Source: Rotaria socialis (Eukaryota). From it: DNA of 36,369 nt. The notes under the pieces are model-generated. The model saw nothing but the letters and a program-made list of their open reading frames with translations, did no database searches and was not told the DNA's origin. Positions 25,264-36,369 of the stretch are shown here, piece by piece. Made by a program: the position numbers and the translations under genes. The stretch lies in NCBI GenBank assembly GCA_905331295.1, contig CAJNYD010000365.1:62001-98369 (forward strand), read 5' to 3'. Numbering within the stretch: the stretch's first letter is position 1; every line of letters starts with the position of its first letter.

Positions 25264-25850
25264 ATGATTATGACGGTAAGTTTTGAATTTCTCATATTTC
25301 ATGGATTTTTATGTTTCGATTTATTAATTCAGTGGTTATATTTTCTTCTTATATTAACTTTCACTGCATCTACAATATCAGATTCGAATGAATTTCAAAG
25401 TGAGTATATTTGTGATGGATAATTTTTCTCCTATCTTCTCTCATTCTTCCAGTCAAATCAAATGAAGCTTTGCAATTTCTTCTTCGTGCTCGGCGTACTT
25501 TGTTTCATCCGGGCAAAACAAAATGTGAAGAGCAAAAACGTGAAGCTAGTAAAGCTTATGAAGAAAAGTGTACAGTATTAGGTAAACGTTTTTGCCCAAA
25601 ATTAAGTGCATGGAAAGAATTTCAACAATGGGAAATTGGTGGTGGTTATGAAAGTAAACGGAATCCATTGCCAACACAACCGCCAGCGCCACACATAAAC
25701 ACAATGCGTACACATCAAACACGTCTGTATACACCAGCAACATTGCGTACATATAAAACACCAATGTATGGACCAGTAACAAATCGACCGAAGGATCGCA
25801 TGCCTAATCATAGAAATGACTTTGCAATACCTGATCCCAATGAAGATTAA
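25264..25850 (+). CDS. Small secreted prepropeptide, 158 aa, exons 25264-25275, 25333-25399, 25453-25850
   Basis: MIMTWLYFLLILTFTASTIS (signal peptide), DSNEFQIKSNEALQFLLRARR (propeptide with furin site), then TLFHPGKTKCEEQKREASKAYEEKC.... Both GT-AG introns keep the frame. Confidence 0.78.
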
Positions 25851-27105
25851 AATTTTTATAATTAACATTATTTAGTTAGCAATAATAACACATAAAAAAA
25901 ACGTTTCTTTTATTATGTCAATAAATTATCACTGCATTTTACTTATAATCATATTGGCAAAGTTATTTTTTTCATTTCGTAATCACTGGAATTTTTCAAC
26001 CGCTTGCTCTTATCTTATTATACAGGGACGAGAAGTTAACTATTCAGATTTTCATATGAAACTATCATTCAACACAACTTTGTCTTTTTATTAATTTGAT
26101 TTGTTTAGTCTTGAAAATCTTTATTTGAATGAATATGAGTAAAAATTTGATTTATGCATACATAGGAATATTTTAGTTTAACAGTATGGCGTAATTGGCA
26201 TTTGTATGAAAAATGATCGATTCATATCGTAAATGAAGACCAACCAGTGGTATCATCGCTGTTAACTCTATTATTTTTTTCTTCATGAGGATAGAATAAT
26301 CGGCGAGTCTCATATGTGTTACTATCATGATCGATATGAAATTGAGTGAATGCTGACTAATTATATTCAATTGACGTTAAAAATACAGTAGAATCAAGAA
26401 TTAATTTTCTATTCGAAACTAATATAAAGTTAAGAAAAGATTCATTCATATTCTAACTCTCATAAATTTCTTGATTATTAATCACCATTAATCAGATCCT
26501 TCAAGTATATTGAAATAGACGATGTAGAACAGTTTTTAAAGTTCAGAATTAATAAACAAAATTATTATATCAGATTTTAGTCAAACAAAGAAATTGTGAA
26601 AATCACTAACTCTATAAACAAAACAAATGAGTAGCATTTAGATATTTAAACGATAAATGTATGTTCTATAGTTAGTCAACGTTGAAAAAATAGTGAGATA
26701 TCAATCATTTAAATGGTATTTAGATAGTATTTCTCTTTGATTGAATAAGATGATGATTATGAAAATTTCTGGTTATTGAATCGATAGCCGGGCTGTAATT
26801 GCCTGAAAATTCTCTCAGTTCAACAAGGTAAATATTAGTTGATTTTAAAATTCTCTATATCAATATCTAATACACTATTCCCTAATATTATCATAATAAA
26901 ATCAATTTAAAACACGAATACAAGTTTCGGCACATACGAATATTAAAAATGTTGCAATATTTGTGACTTTCATAGTACACAAACAATTAGCAACTGTAGT
27001 TAAAAATACATATGTTACCCAATGGAATACTAGTGTAAAATTTTAAGTATTCATAGCATTAGCAGTGATATAAATCTTGCTAGATAATGCTGAATGAAAA
27101 CTAAC

Positions 27106-27303
27106 TAGAGATGCACTTTCAAACATATCATTAAGACCGGTGAAGGCCGGTAAATTGATGAAGAACCTACGGTGATGACTGTTTTTTTATTTCATTCAGA
27201 CGGCACTCTATTAAGACAACCCAGCAATGCTAATATACCGGCCTTCATCGTAGGTTTTTCGTATTTTTACCACCTTCACCATTTTCTCACCGTTGCATCC
27301 CTA
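27106..27303. mobile_element. Degenerate hAT-like MITE
   Basis: Right end TCACCGTTGCATCCCTA (27287-27303) is the exact reverse complement of the terminus at 36164-36180. Degenerate left end TAGAGATGCA at 27106 and internal CGGTGA repeats. No clean TSD. Confidence 0.6.
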
Positions 27304-28069
27304 AAAATAGTTCTAGATTTGACTGCTATTTTCAATAATCAACTAAGAATATTTTAAATTATATTTAGAGCAAATTCAACCGATGGTTTTACAGTTTAAT
27401 TATAGATACAATAAAGTATGTTTAAAATAGAAATATAATTTAAAAGATGAAGAATATCGGTAATTACCACATGATAAAGCATATAAATGTATGCATGTGG
27501 TCTTATGCACATCGTATATCTACATGCATTATGCATTATGCATACTTCATGATGGCTATCATTATCCTTGACACGTATCTACCGAGAAATAACGATAGAC
27601 GGTAGTTTTGCGATTAGAAATGTGTAAAAATGATGCATTAAATCATATTCATTCTATTCTAACTTGTGTCACTCACATATATATTTTGGGCACATATTAT
27701 TATGCTTCTATCACGAATGATAAGTGGTCTTTCATTCGTTTCGATTTTTTCTATTTATTATCTAAGATAAATTTGTTTCAAAAATATATTCTTGTTTTCA
27801 ATAGTTTTCTCAAAGATAAAGCAATCGAAAACGATCTTTTCTGTTTGATCTAAAGAAAAGTTTTTGACGACACATCTGTTGAATCATTAATCCAACGTTG
27901 TGTAAACTTTATGAAATGTTCATATAGCCATAACAAGTATCTGTAATGAAATGAAACTTGATTATTTTTCTAGTCAAATAGATCTATAATCTCTTTTATT
28001 CTCCTCGGTACTAATATAACAACATAAAACGCGAAAACAACGCGGAAAGAAATTTTAAACTTCGGTTTA

Positions 28070-29386
28070 TTAACTTTTTGAGGGCAATGGCGGAGTATCA
28101 CCGGTTAAATGCTGTCGATGTAATTCTTCGCATTTTGATTTTAGTTTTGCAAATTCATTTTGAATAATATCCGTTATCGCTTTACGCATTTCTTGCTAGA
28201 AAAACAAATAAGAAATACATTAAAATGAAGCAAATTTTTCATTCATACCAACGATCGATTTTCTTTTTTCATTTTTTCTACAAGATCATCAAAAGTGAGC
28301 GGTTCACCAATATAAATACTGACTTTTTGACCTATTTTAGGAGTATACGGCTCTACATTTGGTAATACAGAATCCATTCCTAATATATAATAATAAATGT
28401 ATACGAATATTCTTCAAATGTATCTTTCTTACCAAGATGATAGAATGGAACTACTAACGGACAAACATTAGCTTCAGCAATAAGACGACCAACACCTATA
28501 AATTTTCTCTTTTATTTGAATATACTTTCTATATTAAACTTACCCCATTTAAGTCTGATTAGTTCTTTTGTTAAATTTATTTTGGCTAAAAAATGAATTT
28601 TAAGAGTAAACAATGTAGATCTATAAAAAGAGAAATACCTTCAGGAAATATATGTATCCATTCACCTTGGTTGATTTGTTCTAATGCAAAAGTCATCGAC
28701 CGTTGATAAACACCATCACCGCGTATTATAGGTATTGTTTTACCCAAACTGAAGAAACATCGATGACTCCTTTTTGTAAATACAACATCAGCAGCACCTA
28801 ATGTCCAACGCATGCGTTGACGATTCAAAAAAGCTCGATATGGTGCAGAAGCTCCTAAAATAGCAATACAAAATTGATTAATAATAAAAATAATAATAAT
28901 AAAGAGAAACTTGTAAATAATGAAGAATCATTAAAAAGAGCTGATAGAGAGAAGGAAAAAGGCTACCATTTATGTACCGAACAACAATGGTTCGTCCAAA
29001 CCTATTTATAAAATTTTATGGGTTAATCAAAATACTAATCATACAAAAAACGATCTTACAAGAATGATGATTAGCGGCAGTAAGTAATGCTCGCTTAGGA
29101 TCTCGATGAAGCACAGCTTTGCGAAGAATATCAGCTTTCATAAAAATAAAATTTAATAAAATTTAAATATATACTAATTTTTACCATTCTCAATTCGAAC
29201 TGATGTAAGATATTCTACAAATAAAAAGATAATTTCTTTCTTCCTTTTTGTTGCTCGTATGATGCTTCAAAACTTACTCATCCATAGTTTACTGACTGTC
29301 CCCACAAGCGCAATCGTTGCTGTCGACAATGCTCTATAATATCTAGTAGGATTTTCTGGAATTGACCAATCAAATGAGAGGGGCAT
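28070..29386 (-). CDS. TAZ: Tafazzin (cardiolipin transacylase), multi-exon with 30-nt and 24-nt mini-exons
   Basis: MPLSFDW..VGTVSKLWM, ANHHSCLDEPLLFG (HxxxxD), MRWTLGAADVVFT, RGDGVYQ, WIHIFPEGK, RLKWGVGRLI, GMDSVLPN, EMRKAITDIIQ. Confidence 0.95.
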
Positions 29387-29748
29387 TATCTAAAAGAGTA
29401 TCATGTATCCTTCTTTTATTATCATCCCATGAGCTTTTATTAATTAGCAAGGTTAAAATCTTTATTTAATTCATTTTTTTTCTTTGTTTGTCACATAGCA
29501 AATGTATTGTATCCAAAAAAGAAAAAAGCACAAAAGAAAAGAATACAGCTACAATATCACTACATAGCAAAAACAAACGCAAACAGTTAGGAATGACACC
29601 AAGTATATCATCTGATTCATTTAATTCAATAGGATGTTTTTTTTTAATTTTCACTACAACATCACTCATCTATATTGAAAGACACAACACATTAACATTA
29701 AAATCTAATTTTCTATATAAGTCTGTTTTTGATTGAACGATATTTGCT

Positions 29749-30940
29749 TTACAGCTCTTTGTCGACAGTACCAGTTTCTTTAACTGTTTTGAATGAAAGA
29801 AGAATATTGGCACGATTTTGTAATTCTACTCGTTTTTCAGTGGTGATCTAAAGTAAAATACAATAGTAATTGAAATATGAAGATCATTTAGTAAGTAAAA
29901 ATTTTATCATTTCATTTATATAAAACATCCATAGGTTAATTTTTCTAGAACATATATGCCAAGCATGTTAATACATTCGTTGAATAAATAATTTCCATAT
30001 GGACATACAGAAATTGAATAATTAACAAGATTTCTCAAAACACTCGTCTAGTATTTATTATTTATTAAATTTGAATTCTATAATTACCTTTCCTTTTAAT
30101 AAATTTTGTACACGTCGTTCTTCACGTTTAAAAAATTCTACTCCTTGTTTCACTGCTGCTTCCATTATTTTAATATAAGATTCACCACTATAACAAGAGA
30201 AATAATCAAAACTTCTATAAAAAAAATTAACTGATAAAAATGTTTTGTACCTCTTTTGTTCTTTTTTATCAGTTAAACCTTGAACTACTTCTCGTGCTTT
30301 TTCAACTAAAGAGTTTTGAGTTTTTGCATCATTTGCAGATGATGCATCGAAGAATTCTCGAGATATACGATCTAAACTTTCAAGTGTACCAGATAAACCA
30401 AACCAAAGATCTAAAGATAGTTGTGTTCGTTAGTTTTTTTTTAAATATTCAATCAGATGCTATTAATTATTACCTGTATTTTGTGAAAGAAAACGCTTAA
30501 GATCTTCTTCAGTGCTATCACCAGTATAATCAATTGGTTTAGATTTTCCTTTAATAAATAATTTATATGCAGGAAAATCAGCTTTAGTTACACTATATTC
30601 CTTAGCCAATTGTTCATTTTCTTTTTCACCATAATCTGTTATTGGAATTTCAACTACAAGAAGATTTTTCGCATTGGCTACATTTTCAGCAAATTTCTTA
30701 AATTGATCATGTTTATCACCATGAGCTGAAAGAAAGTAAGTAAACGTATTTGAATTGAACAGAAATTTACCTCACAAAATACATACGATATTTATCATCA
30801 AATTTTGCTAAAACAACGTCAAAATTACGTAGTATTTTGTCGAATGTGAGTGAATCGACAGTAACTGTTCCTGGTGTATGAGCTTTACTTGATATGACAA
30901 GTACAGAAACAACAGCACAAAATGAATAGAGAAATTTCAT
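29749..30940 (-). CDS. ERP29: Endoplasmic reticulum resident protein 29 (ERp29/windbeutel-like), 5 exons
   Basis: Signal peptide, DSLTFDKI..VLAKFDDKYPHGDKHDQF, DYGEKENEQLA, FPAYKLF, helical D-domain (YIKIM..EERRVQNLL..NRANILLSF) and C-terminal DKEL retention-like motif. Confidence 0.93.
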
Positions 30941-31097
30941 CGTGTTAAAAACTCAATAAGAAAAAAACGCAATAGGAAACTTTAAATTGGCGACAATAAA
31001 ATACTGTCACTAACGAAGAAAAAAAAGACGTACATGTATATATATATATATATTATAATACGTTACTTGTTTTGTATGAGCAGGAGAAGAAAAGTAA

Positions 31098-31240
31098 CCA
31101 ATGAGAGATTGACGCGCCGATATACCATCGATAGTAGTGACATCAAATACCTTTTTATTTAGAAAATTCCGGAACAAAAAAACAAAAGACTCCAAACGTA
31201 TGTGGACATCCGTCTTAATATATTCATCATCCTTGATTGG
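31098..31240. promoter_or_regulatory. Pair of CCAAT boxes upstream of ERp29
   Basis: AACCAATGA (CCAAT at 31098) and TGATTGGTT (ATTGG at 31236), 160-300 nt upstream of the ERp29 ATG. Confidence 0.35.
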
Positions 31241-31579
31241 TTGACACGAAAGAATCGGCAAAGTTTAATGAGCGAAAAAAAAGCGAATAAAATAAAATAT
31301 CAAGAAGCTTAATTCAGTAAATAACGATGTATTGCTTTTTCTGATCAGCAAAAATAATATTAAAGAGAAATTTAGTTACATAAATCATTAAAAAAAACAG
31401 AAAAGCTGGAATAGTTATAAAACAAACACAAAAGTATAACAAAACCGCTAACAGTGCCTGATATAAAGCGTATAGAGATCAATACACAAACGGAAAGTTC
31501 GCTTTTTTCCTAAGGAACAACAAAACAAAATCCGACTTGAATGTATATTATAAACGATGAGATATCATCTTCGACCAAT

Positions 31580-32944
31580 TTATAAGTCTAACTTCTTATT
31601 AGCATCCTTAAGGAGTTCTCCTGCTTTTCTTTAGCAGCTTCATATACGTGTCCGGCATATTTTTCTGTTTGTTCAAGTGCTTCTTCACCATATTTGTGAC
31701 CGATTTTAACAGCCTTGATTGCAAATTTCTTTCCAGCTATAACAAAGAAAATCTATAATTTGTTTTCTTTGATTTCAATCGACAAACCTGCAATAGATTC
31801 TGGAACTTTTTCTTGCCAACCTTTCACTAGCTTGAGTTGCATGTTCACCAGTAGTTTTTACAGCGTCAACAGCAAATTGTTTTGCACCTAAAAATTCAGA
31901 AAAAGCTTATTCGTCTTCTAAATTTTGCTTGTTTTTTCAACAGTTACTAGCAATTGTTTCCGTAGCATCTTCATCAAGATTTTCCTTAGCGATTTCTTTG
32001 AAAACTTTGCTTTGTTTAAGTAGTTCATCAGCATATTCTCTAAAACATGAGAAACTCCCGATTGAATATGAAAGAGAAAACAACAAAACAAAAACTTACG
32101 TAGCATATTCCTTCACGGTTTCTGTACCTTGTGCTAAATATTCACTACCTGTTTCAGCAGCTGTATCAACTTTTTCACCGAAGATTTCAGCATATTCTGA
32201 ACCGACTTTAGCTGCTTTAGTGACTTTTTGTTTTAGAATATCAGTTGCTCCGAGAATTTCTCCCTAAAGAAAAATATCACTAATGGCGATACCTTTGAAA
32301 TAATGATATGCACTTTAACGATTTCAGCACCTAAAAAACAATAATTTAATTTGTTTCATAAAAAGCAAATTGAGGTTTCATACCGTTTACACCTGTTGAA
32401 ACAACATATTCCTTAAATGCCTCCTGTGCTATTTCAATACCAACTTTAGCAGCAGGAATAACGTATTCATTGAAAATTTCTTGATCTTTTTCGGTACCAG
32501 CAACTGTATATTCTTTCGCTACTTTAGCAGCACTAGCTACTACATCTTGACTAACTTTAGCTGCAGATACTGCAACATCGACAACATAATCACCTAACAA
32601 GAAAAAAACGATTAGTTACACCAAATAGTGTACGCTAATAACTACTTTTCTAATTTATTAATTAGATAAAATATCTGATTGACCTTTAAACTGAACCTTG
32701 TAATTATATACAAGATGAAAATTATTTTTAGAAAAAGTCTGTTATGCCTCTTTCTAATTAAAAAAAAAAGATTTCTTAGCAAACCGGCAGTTTTAGTAGT
32801 ATCCGTTGCTAATTTTGCTCCAGATTTTGCACTAGCAGATACTGTATCAATAACAGTATCTTTAATTGTTTTTTGCCTACCGTATGCTGTTGAAATGTAA
32901 CATACGAAAACAATCAATAATAAAATTTTACCTGAAATTTTCAT
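31580..32944 (-). CDS. Secretory LEA-like amphipathic-repeat protein with two apparent frameshifts near the 3' end (pseudogene or assembly error)
   Basis: Signal peptide MKISGKILLLIVFVCYISTAYG, then A/K/E/T/V-rich ~11-mer-like repeats (SAAKVAKEY, AAKVGSEYAE, AAETGSEYLA, YEAAKEKAGELLKD) over seven GT-AG exons. Confidence 0.65.
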
Positions 32945-33195
32945 TATTGTCTTTTGGGATTACTCGATTGTATTAGTTCTGAAAATAGAAAAAACATTCT
33001 CCAATCGATTTTCTTCTAATTGTGGAAGACAAAACAAGCTATCTGTAGACAACGAAACGAACTACGAAATGAAAACAATATTAACACTACTTTATGTAAA
33101 TCACTACTTTTTCGTATCATTGCCACCCTATGGATATGATCACTTATTGCAAACAAATTTATCTACAATGTAATGAACTTTATCACACACACATA

Positions 33196-33337
33196 TATAT
33201 GTTGTAGGCAAAATTGGAATCCAGGCAGATTCTAAATCTGCCCGGGCAGAATTAGAATTCCAGTTTTGACTAGTGATTTGTTAGTCAAAGTTGGAATTCT
33301 AATTCTGCCTGGATTCCAATTTTGTCTACAACATATA
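33196..33337. mobile_element. Palindromic MITE-like element in a TA/CA-rich tract
   Basis: 34-bp inverted ends TATATGTTGTAGGCAAAATTGGAATCCAGGCAGA / TCTGCCTGGATTCCAATTTTGTCTACAACATATA (1 mismatch), plus nested internal inverted repeats. Confidence 0.75.
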
Positions 33338-33898
33338 CATACATACAAACATAGTCGACATGTTTAACGCTGTGCAATTGAAAGAAGCAGCTATTGAAAT
33401 TGAAGTCACATCTCCTGAGATTTGTGGTATAGGTTCAAAACGATATTAGATCATCCATAAAAGACATTCAGGTAAAAATCGCATTCTTCAATGCTCTTTC
33501 GTTCATTCTTCTGAACGTCCAGTATAAAAAACAACTTTTCTGAAAGCACCTACTTGTTCAAACATATTGCTTCTTTTTTATTAAATAAATATAGGATATC
33601 TAGTAAGTCCTTAGGCAAAGAAAAAAAACTGACTATTTTCAGCAGGCTTCAATGGAATGAGCTGATATTTTTTCTCAAAGTAGAAGACAGCTTTTAGTTT
33701 TTATTCACGGATGAATAGTACATTCATGCACATAAAACTAGCACATCTACATCACTAGACAATTTTGATAAAGATTTATTTGCTATGTGTAAATAATTTT
33801 GCTGTTATGATTTTATGTTAACAACTGAATTACACGCTACATTTAATCATTGTTTCATTTTATGTCTTTTTTCTTTTAAAACACAAAAAAAAACATAT

Positions 33899-33952
<54 letters not shown>
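33899..33952. repeat. Compound microsatellite (TA)n(TG)n(TATG)n
   Basis: Read directly from the sequence. Confidence 0.95.
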
Positions 33953-33953
<1 letters not shown>

Positions 33954-34061
33954 TGAGGCGAACATAAAAAAAGACACGAACAAATACACAAGTGATACAA
34001 AAGATGATCTACGTAATCATACGGTGCATAACATCGTGCATTTCATTTATCATTCTGAAGT

Positions 34062-34574
34062 ATGTTTGTAGTTCGCACTATTAAAGAAAGAGTCGAAATG
34101 ATGCGACTTTTTTCAAAGTTCGCAAATGCACACGAAGTTCATCGGCAATGGAGCTATCATTTTGATACGACACCGCTGCATAAAACCAGAATTTTTTCGT
34201 AAACCGAAAAAGTTGATGACAATGAATCAGCTGACGATATACCAGGCGGAGGTCGGCCATCAAATGTACTTTCAGAAGTGAAACTAGAAGAGATTGAAAA
34301 GATGGTCATTAATAGTCCACGATGATCTATTGGTCAAGATGCTGCTCGTGCTGGTACAAGCAAAACCAGTTCTCAAGTAGCTATGAAGCAATTTCACTTT
34401 CAATCATATCGTCCAACTTTAATAGTAGGCCTTAATGAAGATGATTTCGATCATGCCAGTAAATTCTGTAAGATAAGGCCTGGAAAATTTGAGACTGATT
34501 CTGATTTAATTGATTGTATATTCTGAAGCGAGGAAAACAAATTCAGTATGAATACAACAGCTAGGTGACATAAC
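34062..34574 (+). mobile_element. Decayed Tc1/mariner-superfamily transposase (N-terminal HTH to first catalytic motif)
   Basis: Across frameshifts and stops: IKERVEMMRLF.KFANAHEVHRQW..FDTTP, GGGRP, SPR*SIGQ.AARAGTSKTS, FQSYRPTLIVGLNEDDFDH..KFC, IF*SEE..F.MN....HN (degenerate WSDE..F.LNG..NRHN). Confidence 0.8.
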
Positions 34575-34861
34575 TATTTTGATGATTTGCTAAAATGAGA
34601 AGATGTTAAAATCAAAATTACAAAAAAGCCACAGTTTTCTATTATTAATGTAACTTTCAAAAGATATTTGTTGAAGCAAAGCATCTATGAATTAATCATT
34701 ATTTTACAATGTATGTAGTTTATAATCGATGCTGATTAATGATAAGAATTAAACAACTACTAATTTATTGATTATATTAAGAAGAAAAATGCTACTACTG
34801 CAGAATCACATATATATTTCTTATTTAGAATATCAACAAGTGTCTTTCTCATCATTTTTAA

Positions 34862-35312
34862 TACAGGGTTGGAAAAAATATTTTGCACGGGGGGTATTGC
34901 TATGATTTTAAGTAGAAAACATATTGAATTTTATATCAGATGAAAGCCCGTAAAAAATGGGGTTTACTGATGCTAAAAAAAATTGGATTGAGTAAACTTT
35001 CATATAATAAAACTCCTCAAGTTCAATGAATTTCATATTATGAATTGTTATACAGGGTGGGAAATAGTATTATTCAAGGAGGGTACCGCTATAATTTCAA
35101 ATAGAAGATATGATGCGTTTTATACCAAATGAAAGCTCGTGAAAAATGGGATTTAGGAGTATAGTTGACCGTTGATAATATGAGAGTAGGATATNACTAT
35201 ACTCCTAAATCCCATTTTTCACGAGCTTTCATTTGGTATAAAACGCATCATATCTTCTATTTGAAATTATAGCGGTACCCTCCTTGAATAATACTATTTC
35301 CCACCCTGTATA
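34862..35312. repeat. Tc1/mariner-like terminal repeats: diverged direct copy plus perfect 117-bp inverted repeat around an N
   Basis: TACAGGGTTGG.. at 34862 and TACAGGGTGGG.. at 35051 are related. 35049-35165 is the exact reverse complement of 35196-35312, with N at 35195. Ends read TA-CAGGGTG..CACCCTG-TA. Confidence 0.75.
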
Positions 35313-35483
35313 TTATATTTTTCTGAGGTTCATCAAATTTATGATTGACTCCATGAAATTCTTCATTTAGATTTTCTTTTTTACAATTGATAAATAGGAA
35401 ATTTAATGGTACACAAGAGAAATCAAGAATATAATTATAAACATAATTGTTATAAAGTTATTTCATCAAGAATCAATGTTTTA

Positions 35484-36063
35484 TTAACCCTTTCATTCCC
35501 ATGGTACAAAAAAAAACTACAAATGTTTTATAATTATTTTTCACGATATAATTAATAAAAGTTGATACATAATCGCTTGGAATGAAACGATCAAGAACGC
35601 TCTAGAATCCTTCCAGAAAATCTTTAAAGGAGATATATAGTCGTTTATTGAGACATTTCTGGAATGTTCTAGAAAGAGGTAAATATAAATACTATTCTTC
35701 TAACGAAATTCCAGTCGTCAAATGGCAAGACAAGCAATTGGTATTGATTGCAAGTAATTCCTTTGATCCAATAAAAACTAAAATGATTACTAGAAAAAAA
35801 AAGATCGTTCAAAGTAAGCTATTATTTGCCCAGAAATGGTATCGAAATACAACAAGTTCATGTGTGGCGTAGATTTATTTGATCAACGAATCTCTCGTTA
35901 TTCAATTGACAGAAAATCTAAGTGAAATTGGATTCGAATATTTATTTACTTTCTTCAAGCAAGCCTTTTGAATGCCTTCGTCTGTTACAATGATTTCGAT
36001 CAACAAAATATGACTTACGTTGAATTTCTTTGTTCTATCGTAATGTCACTAATTGGTGACTAA
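35484..36063 (+). mobile_element. piggyBac-like transposon remnant, internally deleted
   Basis: TTAA|CCCTTT terminus at 35484, then C-terminal transposase motifs LERG, VKWQDK, CPEMVSKYNKFMCGVDLFDQ..YSIDRKSK*NWIRIFIYFL....NAFVCY with a frameshift and stops. Confidence 0.85.
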
Positions 36064-36163
36064 AGATCATAGAAAAGAAGACATAGACCTGTTCACTTTT
36101 TTTCTCAGAAAGGAAAAACAAATTCAACAAAAGTTGGGGAACAAATCTCTTCCAGCTCAATTA

Positions 36164-36369
36164 TAGGGATGCAACGGTGACGATTAATCGTTCACCGTTC
36201 CACCGCTTGAGACTGGTGAAACGGTGGAGCGGTGCATCGGTGGAAGCGGTGAAACGGTGGACCGGACCCTGGTGGGAGCGGTGAACCGGGCCCCGGTGGG
36301 AGCGGTGAAACGGGGGACCGGGCCGGTTCACCGGTGAAAGCTGGAAAGACTACAAAACACCTACGGCGA
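36164..36369 (+). mobile_element. Left end of a hAT-like element with GC-rich subterminal CGGTG repeats, truncated by the window
   Basis: Starts TAGGGATGCAACGGTGA with an abrupt GC rise. More than ten CGGTG/CACCG motifs. The same terminus occurs at 27287-27303. Confidence 0.7.

Noticed and set aside
27485..27545. Short TATGCAT repeats
   Set aside because: Low-complexity, few copies, no spacer structure; not CRISPR-like.
33350..33760. Minus-strand MRFLPECL resembling a glucan-synthase (FKS) motif
   Set aside because: Isolated 8-residue match flanked by stops with no supporting context.
27303..36164. Composite transposon carrying TAZ, ERp29 and the LEA-like gene between matching 17-bp termini
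   Set aside because: The termini are oriented away from the intervening DNA, so they belong to separate elements.

Overview
AT-rich, gene-dense eukaryotic (metazoan) DNA with many short (~45-70 nt) GT-AG introns. The compact genes, LEA-like gene and intronless foreign-looking gene suggest a bdelloid rotifer (inference, not proven). Recognisable multi-exon genes: 3' part of ATP-citrate lyase, a dual-specificity phosphatase, a GPCR, PSMD9, STPG1, HtrA2, ACAD9-like, SNRPA1 (U2A'), tafazzin, ERp29 and a frameshifted secretory LEA-like gene. Main observations: (1) a SelW/MIEN1-type selenoprotein missed by the ORF track, with a CxxU in-frame UGA, a C-terminal CAAX box and a canonical SECIS; (2) a small secreted protein whose propeptide resembles the gamma-carboxylase recognition propeptide of vitamin K-dependent proteins; (3) an intronless, decayed chitin-synthase-like gene of probable non-metazoan origin; (4) same-strand gene clusters separated by only 72-362 nt, with splice acceptors just before the ATG, suggesting operon-like or trans-spliced expression. 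The right ~3 kb holds remnants of Tc1/mariner, piggyBac and hAT-like DNA transposons.
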